Source of the DNA: Balanoglossus misakiensis
Lineage: Eukaryota; Animalia; Hemichordata
Length of the DNA: 64,000 nt
Assembly: GCA_040954595.2 (NCBI GenBank)
Contig: CM082582.2
Span: forward strand, 3,146,303 to 3,210,302
Direction: 5' to 3'
Positions 1-13,424 of the stretch are shown here, piece after piece. Within the stretch, counting starts at the first letter, position 1. The number at the start of each line of letters is the position of its first letter. Position numbers and translations under genes: made by a program. The notes under the pieces are model-generated. The model searched no databases. It saw nothing but the letters and a program-made list of their open reading frames with translations, and was not told the origin of the DNA.

Positions 1-2316
1 ACCACGGCCTTTTTGCGGGGAGCAGAGCGCTGCCGTAAAAAAGCGCTGCCGGTTTGCGACGATGGTATCATCTTACCGAAGCGACTCAAATTCCTGACGA
101 TCGAGTCGAGTTGTTTTGAACGGTGTGTGTCGGTAGACGCACTGGCATGACTGCTGATTTCTTCGCTGAAAACCAAGGTGACGTTCTCGTACAGGGCAAC
201 GCTTACTTCAGAAAACTCCATCCTTAGAGAATGTTGAAGGCGAAGTCATCAAATTAGACTCGAATCCCAACAGAGGAGTGACGTCACAACCGAAATTCAC
301 ACCAATCCTCCCCCACTCAAGTTCAGCGTGTGTGGGACGTACAACTTCAAGTGCGTTTGGGTAATTGCATGTGAGGGCGCATTCCTTGCTCCAAGTCTCA
401 GTACCAAAGATCGCTCAAAGCAAATAAATACACGAAAAGTATTGAGATCTTTATAAAGACAAGACATATTACCAAGCAAGTAGTGGGCTAGTCTAGTGCA
501 TTCCCAAAAATTTCAGAAAATAATAAACTATAGACTCAAGCATGGTTTATCCATAGAGAGTCCCTCTACCCATGGTAGTTTATACATAGAAAATGATTTT
601 CGAATTATTATTATTATGAGACACTGAGTGACCGCAGTTCATTTCATAACGCAAGTATAGTATTGCTTATTACGCTGGACTGTAACTTTCAAACCTCGAC
701 TGGCGAGATCTATGGCCGTGCCGATTTAATAGCCAATCGCGGTTTGAAAGGTGCTGTTCTATAACTGGAAAATGCTTATAATCGACCCCGGTAATCGACA
801 CGATCATCGAGTCGATAGTTTGAAAATGCTTACTGCATATACACACGCTTAAAAGTTTGCGCTCATGCGCAGTGCGTACCTCACCGGACAGATATAATAC
901 TAGACCAAGGGTTCTGCCTGAGTTTCAGCAGAAAGTTGCAACGCACTTGCGTTTCGCTATTTTGTGTATTTTGCTGATATTGGAGGCTTTTTAAAAATAC
1001 ATCTACATAAAGTGGTGCACATATGACTTCCACGAAAATGCGCGAACTTTGCGGAGTATAGTCCGAAGACGCCCATGAATAAATTAAACAATAGATCAAA
1101 GAAAAGCATCGGTTCTTCTAAGGCGTCAAGCTATGATTTGAATCTGTCGAAACTGATGAGGAACTCTCACGGATTTTATTATGAAGTGAAGGTGATGGAT
1201 AAAGCATTGAAGTGCTTAGGTAATCGTATTTATAAATAACAATCTACGTTTTCATGTTTTCATAGAAGTTGTCTGTGTCTGTCATTATGGTAAAGACATG
1301 TGGTCAACATATTTCCTCTCAAATCTATCTTTGTGAAGTTTGCCGTGGTATTTAAAACTAGCAAGTAATAACCGACCATGTGGCTTTGTTCATGTATGGA
1401 CACTGAGTTATATTGCTTTATTTAAGCACTGAAATTTTGTTGTATGATAATTCACCGTCGCCCCTAACAACAGGCCCAAGTCAGTTCTGGTGTATGTTTT
1501 GCTCATAATAGAACACACAATCATCAATGTCTCGCTTTAATATTTCGTTGTTTTTTCTCCTCCCAGGGTAAATTAATAGTATATATATACACAGAGACAT
1601 CGTATTGAGAAAACGAATTGTAAAACTGATGTCAAGATAACTTCAAACGCGTTTGGAAACAAGTACAGTGAAATTCATGGTGGATCTGGATGGAATGTGA
1701 AAGGTACAGAACATTGCACTATTGGAACAGAAAAACATTGACTATAAGTATAACAGCAAATGGATATAACAATGCAATTTCCACGCATACTTGAGAACTA
1801 TTGTCTTCGTGCCAAGGATGATGTTCATAAATTTACTACCATCTTCCTAAACTGATATCCAGGATGTCAAAACCAGACTACAATAGAAATCGGGCGTCCA
1901 ACAACTCCTGTGGGATTCCAGGTAAGTCTCTTACACTAACAGTCTTCTTCTTGAGCATGTGTCTTGTGTACTCGACGTACATTGACCAATTTGATGTTCT
2001 TGAACTGAAGAAGAGTTGGGCTCCTGCAAATAGTGTACAGATTACTTAAGGCAATCATGTCAGAATTATTGCAATCATATCCATATTCTAAAGTTCATTG
2101 GTCAGATATTAACATTGTCAGTTCCAACGGTCACAGAACAGAGCAATCAACAAAACACACAGAACTAACTTGAGTTCTTGAAAGAAAGATATATGGACTT
2201 CCGGCAAAAAAATACCAGGATGTGGTGTTACTGTTGGGTGTTTCGAAAATAGTAAGCTGACCCTGCCCCATATGTTGTAGCTGCCATCTGTCAATCTCTG
2301 GGGGTGAAAGGGCTAA

Positions 2317-2401
2317 CCCTTTCACCCCTAGTTTTCTCTTTAAAGGTCCAACCTTACCATAGAAAACAATGGGTTTGGACTGAACCATGGTGGTGAAAGG
2401 G
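2317..2401. mobile_element. ~85-bp piggyBac-type MITE (CCC...GGG termini, TTAA-like flanks)
   Basis: ctaa-CCCTTTCACC ... GGTGAAAGGG-ttaa. Related copies at 5232-5316 and, inverted and partial, ~15654-15737. Confidence 0.6.
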
Positions 2402-3057
2402 TTAAACAGGTTTAACTGTACTCGTACTTACTTTCTGCCATTTCTTGTTCAATCAAAGATAACACATAGTTGTCATGTTCATACTTCTTGAGCGACGGAG
2501 CCATCTTAATTAAGTCCTGAGCATAGTACACACGTAGGTCAGCGGCACTGAGATAGGATCCTATGGTCTTGTGACATCAACAGAATAAATTCAGGTTGAA
2601 TGATAACATTTTTGCAAACTTGGCAAGAGCCCCCCCCCCCCCCCCCCCCCCCAAATCTCGAAAATTAATAGTTGTAAAAGGACAATGTGTACAATTGAAT
2701 GTTTTTCGGATATAGGAGAATGCACAAATTAATTGTCACGAAAAATTCGCCTCATGATATTGCGAAAATTTGCTGTTGCGAAAATTTTTCGGTTTTAAAA
2801 TATCTACACTATATCTGACCAATCACCATCGAGTAACCTACCTGAGCATATACAGGAGTGGCTACATACAAACATGATAATTTGTCACGCTTCATTGTGG
2901 ACTCGATTTCACGTACAATAATCGGTGCTGCTTCCTGAAGCAATTGGAGATTCTGCGGAACCCTCTTTTCTTTACAGTCCTTGTTCTTTTCTGTACATCT
3001 ACATAGTACAATACAAATAAGAAATTAAAATGCTGTTCTTAACACTATGGTGCGTTA

Positions 3058-3225
3058 TACTGTAAAACACTTTATTTTCGAAGGCAATACATTTTCGCGA
3101 AATACGAAGATAACGATGCAGTGAATGAAATAAGAGAACGCGAAAATTAATACTTGCGAAACAACTTGGACTCTCTCGATATTGCGAAAAAATTTAACTT
3201 GCGAAAATATAGTGTTTTACATGTA
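3058..3225. mobile_element. Short TIR element (Tc1/mariner-like MITE)
   Basis: tactgtaaaacactttattttcg ... cgaaaatatagtgttttacatgta inverted ends; internal cgcgaaa repeats. Related decayed sequence at ~2720-2800. Confidence 0.5.
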
Positions 3226-5231
3226 GTATATCCTTGACTACAAGGCCTAATGATTACTGAAAGAATCTTGTTGACTGTTCCGCTATCCGGTGGGGAGGGT
3301 GGAGCCAAGGGGTGTGAGGACGGTGATAATTGTACAGTCCAAGTACCAGTCAAATGTCACTACACTTAAAAAGATATGAATCTCGATAGAATTAAAGGTA
3401 TAAGACTCATATTACATTAGATTTTTTCCAGTTAGGGAGCTTTCAGTTGTTTTATGGTTGGGGGGATGGGAAATGGGGAGATTACATTTTACATGTAATT
3501 TCTCATGGCCCACCCCCTCATAATAATTGAAATCTCCCTTATTGGGAAAATACTAATACTCACTGTACTGAATACTCAGCGCTCTTATTTCTCCAGTGCA
3601 TTACTGCATAGTTGCCATGGCAAAGCTTCTCTCCTCCCTCCAAGGCTAAGCGACGAATGAAGGGCGCTCGCACCAGATATTTTTCAACGAGCGCTTCTAT
3701 CTGCGTCATACACGTGTAATTTGCGTCGGATGTCCTGAACGCTAGACACTGTTGGGGTGGATCTCCACGAATCGCGTCCTCGCGGAAGTGGCGTAATTTT
3801 TGTGAACGTCGGGGAACGTTATATTTTTGAAATAATTGGCCATGAATTTGATTGCGCCTTTGTTTGAGATCACGTCATCCTCGCACATACGCATCTGGTA
3901 TTTTGTGCACCACTCGGTTTTATACTGACGTCTCGGTACTGCAGCGACGAGGTTTCCCTTCTCGATACCACCATTGCACATGTCGTAGAAGCCTTCAACC
4001 GGAAGGGTGGGTAGCAGTTCATTTAGTGCGTCGATGTCAAATGTCTGATCAAAGCGTCTGGGCGAGACACGGTCTGTTTCCTGGAAAGGGTGGGGTTGGA
4101 AATCATGAGTGACTATGCCGAGTCGGTTTGCCACAGCAAATTGTAAAGTCCATCGGTACATGTTGTAGAAACTGCCTGGCCCGCCCGCTTGTTTGTACGT
4201 GGGTATTACAAACTGTTGCCGGAGTTTTCCTGGTTTTCCGTCTGTCTGGAATCGCGGGAATTCTTTCACATCCTTGCAATCCGGGCTGCCCAACGGGGTA
4301 GAAGTTTCCATCACAGAATCCAACCAAACCTTGAAGTTGCGAATCAAAGTCATGTGACCGACTGGTGTTTCCGATGGTGAAGTTCTCAGTTGTCAATAAC
4401 ACCCCTTCTGTGTCAGAGCTATGAACATCAATATTGGACTTGACACTTTTCTGCGAAAATGGTACATATTATGGTTCTTAGATGTAGTGTACAAAGAAAA
4501 TGTATATATGCTATAAATTTTTCTTAATTTATTACAAACTGTACTATACACCTTCAGTAGATCATGAGTTGTGTACCAAATATTTAGCTATTACGGTAGC
4601 CTACATATACCAATAACCTCTTCTTAAATACAGCAACCGTGAACTTAAACTAGGTGACTAAACAGCTGAATAACAAAACAAAAACACAAAAAACTAATAA
4701 AACGGTGTTTTTACCATCACCCTTTTAAAATTTACGTATTTTGTTCTAACATAGGAATCACCATGATGGACATACAGTATTATTTGATTTTCGCGTGAAC
4801 TGCTTATATCATAACATAATACCGTATTGTGTCTCACCTGTGTAGTGATTGTCCAGTCTTGAAAAACAACTGGATAATTCTTGTATAGTTTTCGAATGAA
4901 CACAAGGTTACAAATAAGTACAACAGTGAAGATGGCAAGGACCTTACTGTTTCTGTAAATGAGACATCAACTGTATGACAGGCAAATAGACTTAAACCTG
5001 TGTTAATGGCCACCTCTACACAGTGGCCACTTTGTTACAGTACCTGTGCAATTTACATGTTCAGTGATTGACCCATCTATGAAGGCCAGTTTGGGAAAGT
5101 CCCTTGACTGGCCACTATAGACAGGTTCGAGTACATTTTGTACTTTCATATTTGACATCCAATTCAGTCCACGGTTTCAAGATTTTAACGTTTATTTTAG
5201 ACAGGCAGTACTGTGACCTCAAAGGATATAA

Positions 5232-5316
5232 CCCTTTCACCCCCAGTTCCATCTACACAGGTCCAACTTTACTATAGAAAACAATGGGTTTGGACTGAAC
5301 CATGGTGGTGAAAGGA
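5232..5316. mobile_element. Second copy of the piggyBac-type MITE
   Basis: Near-identical to 2317-2401 (accctttcacccc...gaaaacaatgggtttggactgaaccatggtggtgaaagg). Confidence 0.6.
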
Positions 5317-5320
5317 TTAA

Positions 5321-5505
5321 AGGTATACAGTCACCTCCAATTTATATACGCCCATATTTGGCTGAAATGGCGTATTTTAGCATTCTAAAGAACATTTGGT
5401 GGCACTCTTTTTTGCGCTTGTGCCACCTACTGAAAATCTGTGATTGGCTAGATCTCAATTCGCCATGGTAACTATAGATAATTTTCCATAGGTGACCGTA
5501 TACCT
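5321..5505. mobile_element. TTAA-flanked TIR element (Kolobok-like MITE)
   Basis: ttaa-AGGTATACAGTCACC ... GGTGACCGTATACCT-tttaa. Shares its left TTAA with the preceding MITE. Confidence 0.5.
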
Positions 5506-6091
5506 TTTAAGTAAGTGTTGTACCATAGACAAAGCAGATAGAAGGGCATGTAACTGACGGTGCTTTGTTTGATGCAAAGCTGCAGTTTATAATCGGCCTA
5601 GTCTGGTACCAGTTATCCTGTTCAACAGATTACTGAAAGAGCTCAGAACCATCTGTGGCACTGACTATGTTGTTCTATATGTGGATCTATAGTGAATCAA
5701 TGTTCAACACACACAACTTCCATCCCACTTGTAGACACGACATTTATTCATTTTGACGAGATGTTTACTCCCATATCCAACAAACGGGATGGAAGTTATG
5801 TGTCGTTGAATGTGGATTCACTATATATCCACATGTAGAATAACATAAACGGTGTCTTGCATCAAACATGATTAATGGTAAAGGGGCAGCGAGAGAGAGA
5901 CTTTGTCCCTTTAATGGTGAGACACTTGATAACAATGTGAAAGAACTAACCTTGCGGCCATGGTGGTTTTAAACCGTTCAAAAATAGATTCTTAACGGAG
6001 CAGTACTTGAATCGACGGTTATATCTGGGATCCTATCCACAAACTCAAAAGGACAGGGAGTGAATTGATGCTTATAATCCCAGATAAATGA

Positions 6092-6550
6092 TACATAATA
6101 TATTCATTTATTTCATAGTATGTTCATAATATATTCATTTATTTCATGGTATTTTCACAATATATTCATTTATTTCGTAGTATTTTCACAATATATTCAT
6201 TTATTTCGTAGTATTTTCACAATATATTCATTTATTTCGTAGTATTTGCACAATATATTCATTTATTTCGTAGTATTTTCACAATATATTCATTTATTTC
6301 GTAGTATTTTCACAATATATTCATTTATTTCAGAGTATTTTCACAATATATTCATTTATTTCATTGTATTTTCACAATATATTAATTTATTTCATAGTAT
6401 TTTCACAATATATTCATTTATTTCATAGTATTTTCACAACATATTCATTTATTTCATTGTATTTTCACAATATATTCATTTATTTCATAGTATTTTCAAT
6501 ATATATTTTATTTATTTCATAGTATTTTCATAATATATTCATTTATTTCT
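6092..6550. repeat. 31-bp AT-rich minisatellite, ~15 copies
   Basis: Unit tatattcatttatttc(g/a)tagtattttcacaa; period checked at 6161/6192. Confidence 0.95.
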
Positions 6551-7202
6551 CAAGAGTATTACCTTGCAGCTGTTATGCAGTTTAGCGGAAAAAGTGGTTA
6601 AGGCAAATCTGTCAGTTTCTGTGCCATCATTCACTCGAATTGAGAGTGAACAGTTCTGGTGTCGGGACAAACAGGCAGTTGGTCATGCGTTTGAAGAGAT
6701 ACCCTGAATCATTCGTGAAACAGCTACACACAAAATTCTCCATTTTAAGAAACTGCTCAAGCGAAACTTGTTTTTCTTTTGTGGGAATATCATCTTTGAA
6801 TATAGAGTCCGTATTCCAGACGGTGCCTGTATTGTGATAACATTAACAGTCTTTCCGACTTCCAAATTGTCTTTTTTCCAGAAGGGATTTTATTTTTGCC
6901 GTTCAGTGTTAGGATGGCGTCTTTGTTTACGGTCGCGCGAAACGCATCGGTATATTTGTCCATATGGTGTAAAGAATAAAGTTGCGCGCGAGCATGCGTT
7001 GGGTTGTTTCTGTGTAATGACACGCGACGTCTACAGACCGTCCGGATAAACACATAGCCGGATGAACAGATGGAAGTTTTTTTTTTTTCATTTTCGCAAT
7101 ACCAGCCTGTTTCATCATTCTGATAGCCTGGTCTCCATACCCAGTGTGTTTTAGATAGACTCACACACAAGGGTCTGGCCACACAGTCAACTATCTCCCA
7201 TT

Positions 7203-7557
7203 TTTAAAGGTCCATTAGCTGTATCTTTTGACTATTTTTCATAACTTGTGTTCTGTGTACTAACTCCAGTTTCCTGTGCTTACCCGCACATAATGCTCAA
7301 GTGTCCAGTATTCTGATTGTCAACGTAGCCTTCACATGTTAAATGATCATTGTTATTGTTGACAATTTAATTCTAGTCCGGACTAGAATACAAACTTTCA
7401 ACAATAACAATGCAGATTATACTCATATAGGGCATGGTAATGAACAAAATACTGGGCATTTCATCATGGTTCAGGGATTCCAACCAAAAACTGTATTTGA
7501 TACATAGAACAAACAAAATAAGAAAATGACCAAAAGATACAGCTAATGGACCTTTAA
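7203..7557. mobile_element. TTAA-flanked TIR element (Kolobok-like MITE)
   Basis: ttaaaggtccattagctgtatcttttg ... caaaagatacagctaatggacctttaa, ~27-bp perfect inverted ends. Confidence 0.7.
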
Positions 7558-8337
7558 GATCTGCATGTCAATAGAACTCAAGATGCGATGTCACGGCAAC
7601 GAGGTCACCACATGGTCTTGACTATGACGTCGTTCAAGTCAATCACCGTATGCAACACACTACTGATTGGCCGGAGCATTGGGGGTCTCAGTCTATGCTG
7701 TGACCAGGTGTAACCTCTTTTGTTGTCCACTTTATTGTAGCTGTATGCAGATTCTGCACAATATGGCTGTTGCTGTCGTGGTATCGATGCATCAATCGCC
7801 AAGAGATGACAAACTGATGCAAATACAAGTAATATGGCTCAATGGTGAGGATTTTAGAGGATAAGAAATATATTTTAGGTATTTTATTGTGGAAAAATAA
7901 GTGAAATTTGGCAGCTATAGGGGCTTTTATGCTTGAAAATGTTCGCATGGCTACAGTCCACACTAACATTATACACATGATGACTGACAATGAGGGCAAC
8001 AGTGTATTTTGATGACCGAGGGCACTGCTAGTCACAACTAAAACAGACTGTTTTGGTGTGACTGGCAGTCCCGAGGTCATCAAAAATACACTGTTGTCCG
8101 AATATGTCAGTCATCATGTGTTTTATAACACACCAAACACGACACACACCACATCCAGGCAACAGTACCGGGCAGAAACCGATCGAACTGATGCCCTAGG
8201 GAACAGTTCGAAATGACTAAGGTCACTTGACGGCATATTGACAAATCACGATCGAGGGTTCGCTGCATGGTGTGTTATAAACAGTGATGATCATGGAAAT
8301 CTGCCCAGAGTAGAAGGCTAGGTAAGCTGGTGCACTG

Positions 8338-9355
8338 ATTAACTGTGAACAACAGAAGTGTACAAATGAACCAAAGAGGGCGTCTCTTGGTGGACGCGGG
8401 GATATGGTAGGAAGCAAGCTGGAGGCAGAATTCTGAACAGTTCTTTCTCGGCTAAAAGTAAGTGCTTTCTTGATGAATTCTCTAAAAATTCTTGACAGAT
8501 CTGGTAAATAAGTGCATGAGGAATCCTTTGAATTGGATTTTTGAACAGATTTGCTGCAAAATATTAGTTTAAATTATAAATCGCTTGTGTTCAGAGGTCA
8601 CCTAAGGTCACTTAAAGTGGCATTTTCAGTAGCTATTTCCTTGTAGCAAATTAGGAATCACGAAAACAAAAGTAGCGATAGAAGGGAAATATTATCGTTC
8701 TTAGTATTTTGGATTGTTCGGCTAAATTCACAGACTAGGCTGGAATTATTATGACATCAGAAAGTACCTGAAATTTGTGATTGAACTCATTACAGTTCCG
8801 TACATAGCCATTAACCACTGGAAATTTGAATGGCTACGTAACTGCCGTCTAAGCGTGTCTGACGTCATTTTATATCAAAGAATTAACTGTGAACAACAGA
8901 AGTGTATGAACGAACCAAAGAGGGCGTCTCTGGGTTAATGTTTAACAGACTGGATGCAGGGAAGCAAACTGGAGGCAGGATTTGGAAAAGTTTTTTCTCG
9001 GCTAAAAGTAAGTGTTTTCTTGATGAATTCTCCAATTATTCTTGACAGATCTGGTAAATAAGTGCTTGAGGAATCCTTTGAATTGGATTTTTGAACAGAT
9101 TTGCTGCAAAATAATGGTTTAAACGGTAAATCTACCTGCGTTCAGGGGTCACCCAGGTCACTTTAAGTGGCATTTTCAGTAGCTATTTCCTTGTAGCAAA
9201 TTAGGGATCAGGAAAACAAAAGTAGCGATAGAAGGGAAATATTATCGTTCTTGGTATTTTAGATTGTTCGGCTAAATTCACAGACTAGGCTGGAATCATT
9301 ATGACATCGGAAAGTACCTGAAATTTGTGATTGAACTCATTACAGTTCCGTACAT
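8338..9355 (+). repeat. Tandem duplication (~545-bp period) of an NLR 5' non-coding exon/intron-1 region
   Basis: aactgtgaacaacagaagtg at 8341 and 8885, each followed by a donor aaaa|gtaagt. The reverse complement of the same block lies at ~56819-57262, upstream of the NLR start codon. Confidence 0.85.
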
Positions 9356-9605
9356 GAAACAGAACAGAAAAAGATGGAGCAGGAACAGAACAGAGAATAG
9401 AGCTTGAAAGTTGAAGGTGGAAAGGGAGAAAGAAAACAAAGCAATGGAACTTGAAAGGGAGAAAATGAAGCGCAAACAGATCGTGATAAATCAACTAACA
9501 GCATTGTATGAACGGCAGATAAAGAAAATCATGGACAGAGATGACCCAGGAATGAAAGAACAGTTACATCGAGCCTATGAGAAACATCAAGCAAGATTAC
9601 GCGGT
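9353..9605 (+). pseudogene. Fragment of the coiled-coil/TRADD-N-like exon of an NLR paralog
   Basis: KVEREKENKAMELEREKMKRKQIVINQLTALYERQIKKIMDRDDPGMKEQLHRAYEKHQAR aligns by eye with KVERENENETVELEREK...INQITAIYEFQIKKIMAGDDPDVMEQLAKAYEQHKAR in ORF 51456-52265. Frameshifted and truncated at both ends. Confidence 0.85.
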
Positions 9606-10233
9606 GCACGTGCGTATATGGTACAATTGAATATAGAATTTTGCTTTACAAAGAGATGGGGTTCCTTTATTCATTGTATGCATGCTATATAATTCAAGCA
9701 AATATATCATTATAGATTTTCTATGGGTCTGTATTCTCTCAGAATTTTTATAGATAACACTTTTATTAAATTATTTCGTTACTCATGTTTAGTTGTCATC
9801 TTTACAAATTAATATGTTGTTACAGGTTGATGATGGAGAAAAGAGTTTAGATTATTTTAGACAGCATATTCCTTTACCTTTTAAACTTTTCCAGAAAACG
9901 TCTCATTAGAAAATCAGTACGGGCTTGATTAATAGATTAAGGAAACAATTCTTCCATGTTTCTTTAATCTATTAATAAAGCAAGGACTATGTCATCGACA
10001 ATGACTTGTTCCAGTCTACTACACAGCTCAACTGAAATTAAAATAAAATATTGGTTGTGTGAGCACAGCTAGGCTAGACAATCAAACACTTAATACTATG
10101 TGATTCCTTAGGGTGCATTGATCAACTCTTGATAATGTTTTGAGTTTGACTATCCAGTCTCCACCATAAACACCTTTGATTTGGCTAGTGATTATCTCAC
10201 AAATATTATCTCTTACCATAGTCGCTTTTGCAG

Positions 10234-13200
10234 AAGGGGCAACATCAACATTCCTGCCTCATGACAGAATAAAATCAAGCAAAGAGAGCAGCACTGAAAA
10301 ACAGTTAACAGAAGAGAAACCAATTCAAACTGAACTGTCTGGGAAGGATCTGAACAAAATGAAATTTGACATGAAAGTGCTGCAAGGAAGGCTGAAAGAA
10401 AAAGAGGAAAAACAAAGTGAAATCCATTCAAACTGAACTGTCTGGGAGGGATCTAGAAGAAATGAAAGTGCTGCAAGGAAGGCTGAGTGAAAAAGAGGGG
10501 GAAAAGGAACATCAAACTGAACTGTCTGGGAGGGATCTGGAAGAAATGAAAGTGCTGCAAGGAAGGCTGAAAGAAAAAGAGGTAGAATTAAAGAAATGGA
10601 CAGAGGAAAAACTCAAAGAGAAACCCATTCAAACTGAACTGTCTGGGAGGGATCTCAACAGAATGAAATTGGAGATGAAAGTGCTGCAAGGAAGGCTGAG
10701 AGAAAAAGAGGAGGAAAAGAAATGTACAGAGAAAACACTCACAGAAGTCAGAAAAGAAAAAGAAGCACTATCAAAAAAATTAAATGGCAAACTTTCTCAA
10801 GTTAAAAAAAGTGAAACTGAGATAGAAAGTTTGAAGAAAGAGATTGACCAACTTGAAGAACGGAATAGGCTAAAACAGAAGGCAATCAACAAGCTCCTTG
10901 AATTAGACGAGAGTACAAGAACCCAAGGACCTCATCATCAAGGTGTGTTTTGAGCACTTACCGGTAATGTCATAGTTTTGCCTGACAACCACACTTTGTT
11001 TATCAGCAATATAAAAGGTCCAGTGCATATCAAATGAAAAACAGACTTGGAAGGCTCATATTGTAGTTGAAACCAAAGAAATGTACACTTTCAAGCTTGA
11101 CTTATACACAACTCGTCACAGATAGTACAATAGATTTAGCGGTTGAAATTTTAGAGAGCAACCTCATTTTGAGGTGATATTTTTGGGGTGGGGTGATATC
11201 AACCTATTGAACTCTCGGCATGATAGCAGAAATTTCACTCGACTTCGTCTCGTGATATTTCAGCCATCATGCCTCGAAAATGAATATTTGGCGGTACGGT
11301 CGTGATATTGACTCTCGGCTACGCCTCGAGACAATATCACGACCTACCTCCAAATAAAAATGCAGACAAAACTACAAAATGTAACATTTAAAAAGGTGAA
11401 AATGGCGGAATGAATAAAAGAATTCGTGACTCACCGAAGGAATGCTGCTGACTGCTATATCGATATTTTCGAAGCCACGCTCGTTCAAATATTCTGCTGC
11501 TTGTGAGGCTTCAATTAACTCTTCATCAGAGATATCAGAAAAATCGGGATACACCTCATGCGCCATGCTGCCACTATGACACGTTCAGGTAGAAAGAAAT
11601 TGTGCCTAGCGGCCGTGCATTTATATTATAAGATATTCCATTGTGCATGTGTAAAACATGCACAGCCAATACAATTGGAAGAAACATTGCGTGTGAGCTT
11701 ATTACTAAACAATAATTGGTTGAACTACGTAATATATGCATCCCAGGTGCAAAACGCTGAATAATTAAATACTTTCCGTAAGTAGGACCATACCATTTTG
11801 AAAGTTAGGCTGATATCAACCGCTTAGGGTCCATACAAAAGATGTTTAAACACTGTATTGTCGGTTGAGGGGTGTTTACTTGTAGAGGGGCCTGCACCTT
11901 TCACTCGTTGTGTATGTTAAATATCGTATGACTACCTCGGCGTCATCCATAATATCAACCTCGGACTTCGTCCTCGGTTGATATTATGGATGACGCCTCG
12001 TTAGTCATACGATATATATACATAATTGTTACAATATAGTCTGGTATATTAACTTATTGTAAACATTACTCTCAGGCAAATAACTCCCCTAAAATAGTTG
12101 CATTTCAGAGGATATCAAAGACCAAAGATCACTTCTGCTCATCGCTGCTAATCAGGTAGGCATGATGTATTTTTTGAATTATTTTTTTCTCAGTATAGGT
12201 TTTGTTCTGTGTTCAATACCTATACTGTCCAAAATTGTGCATTTGTCATTATTTCATCTCAAACGTGATAAATTATAATTAAACAGTACATTCTAGATGG
12301 GTTGAAACAAATATCAAGGGACATCTGTAAATTTTATGAAACAATAAGATTTCATACTTGGCTTGCATTTTATTTTCAACATGCACCACGACAGGTTATA
12401 GGCACTCTTCTTTCAATGCAAACTGTTCCTTTTTAAAATTATACAATTGTATACAATAGTGCTGGTCTCTGGAACTTTGTTTTCGGTCGCAAGGATGCTT
12501 TCTAGTTCTATGACAGAATTTGTTTAACATTGAACTTTCAAAAGTGGAGATTTCCAGCCCCAATTTCTGATTTGTAATTGTTGTTTTTCCCTAAAGGACA
12601 GATGTTCCTACAAATTACCATGTGGATTTTCGCTCGAGGTCCCAGAAGAATGTGTGGAAGAAGACACAACATTGTTGGTCACATGTAACAAGAACGTCAC
12701 AAAGGTCCCTCTTGCAGACTTTGAATGGTATCAGTCAGATGTCCTTGATTTTGAGGCAGATCACATTACACTGAAGAAACCAGTCTACCTTGTGAGGAAG
12801 TGTTTAAATGTTCAACCGTTTACGAGAGAACAGATCATCCTGACAAGCAAAAATGGTGAAACGTGGGAAGAGTTGAAAACTGTTGAAGTAAGTACCCACT
12901 ATAGCTCACCCTTTTTTTCGAGGAACACCCCCCCCCCCCAAACATCATAACGAATATGTCTCAGAGCCCCTGTTATGGGCCTGGTACATCATGGTTCTGC
13001 ACAGTGAAATTGTACTACAGTTATGTCATTGCAATTACTAACCTTCCATTTGGCAAAACAAAACAGTCTCTGAGACAATGTTTGTTTTACTACCAGAGCA
13101 ATAAATACAACCATCAATCAAAAGTGCATATGTGTTCATAAAGATTCTGACCATACACTAAAGTGAAAATGATATTGTTAAATGTTGATTTTTATTCAGG

Positions 13201-13385
13201 AAGACAATCATATCAAGGTAGAAGTTCGCCATTTATCACTTTTCATGGCAATTTCAAGACCTTACAAAGACACATTTGATATCAGGAGAGAAGGTGGAAA
13301 ATTTTCCTCAAAAAAAGATGAACGGATTAGCATCGTAGTTCCAGAAGATGCCATAGAAAATGAGAAGTCTCTGATATTAGAGGTA

Positions 13386-13424
<39 letters not shown>

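Larger units (their letters stand above)
1878..4955 (-). pseudogene. GDP-fucose O-fucosyltransferase-like (type II membrane glycosyltransferase), multi-exon, frameshifted
   Basis: Minus-strand exons read by hand: TM anchor VLAIFTVVLICNLVFI (~4838-4955); large exon ~3576-4452 (ORF 3742-4353, then frameshift to ...YAVMHWRNK); CLYVATP (~2842-2975); YVLSLIEQEMAE (~2432-2510); FFSSRTSNWSMYVEYTR to stop at 1878. The motif order matches O-FucT-family enzymes. At least two frame changes in the large exon. Confidence 0.65.

Noticed and set aside
1-221. Minus-strand frame MEFSEVSVALYENV... open to the window edge
   Set aside because: No recognisable similarity and truncated by the window.
6246-6428. 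Hydrophobic 60-aa ORF
   Set aside because: Read-through of the 31-bp minisatellite.
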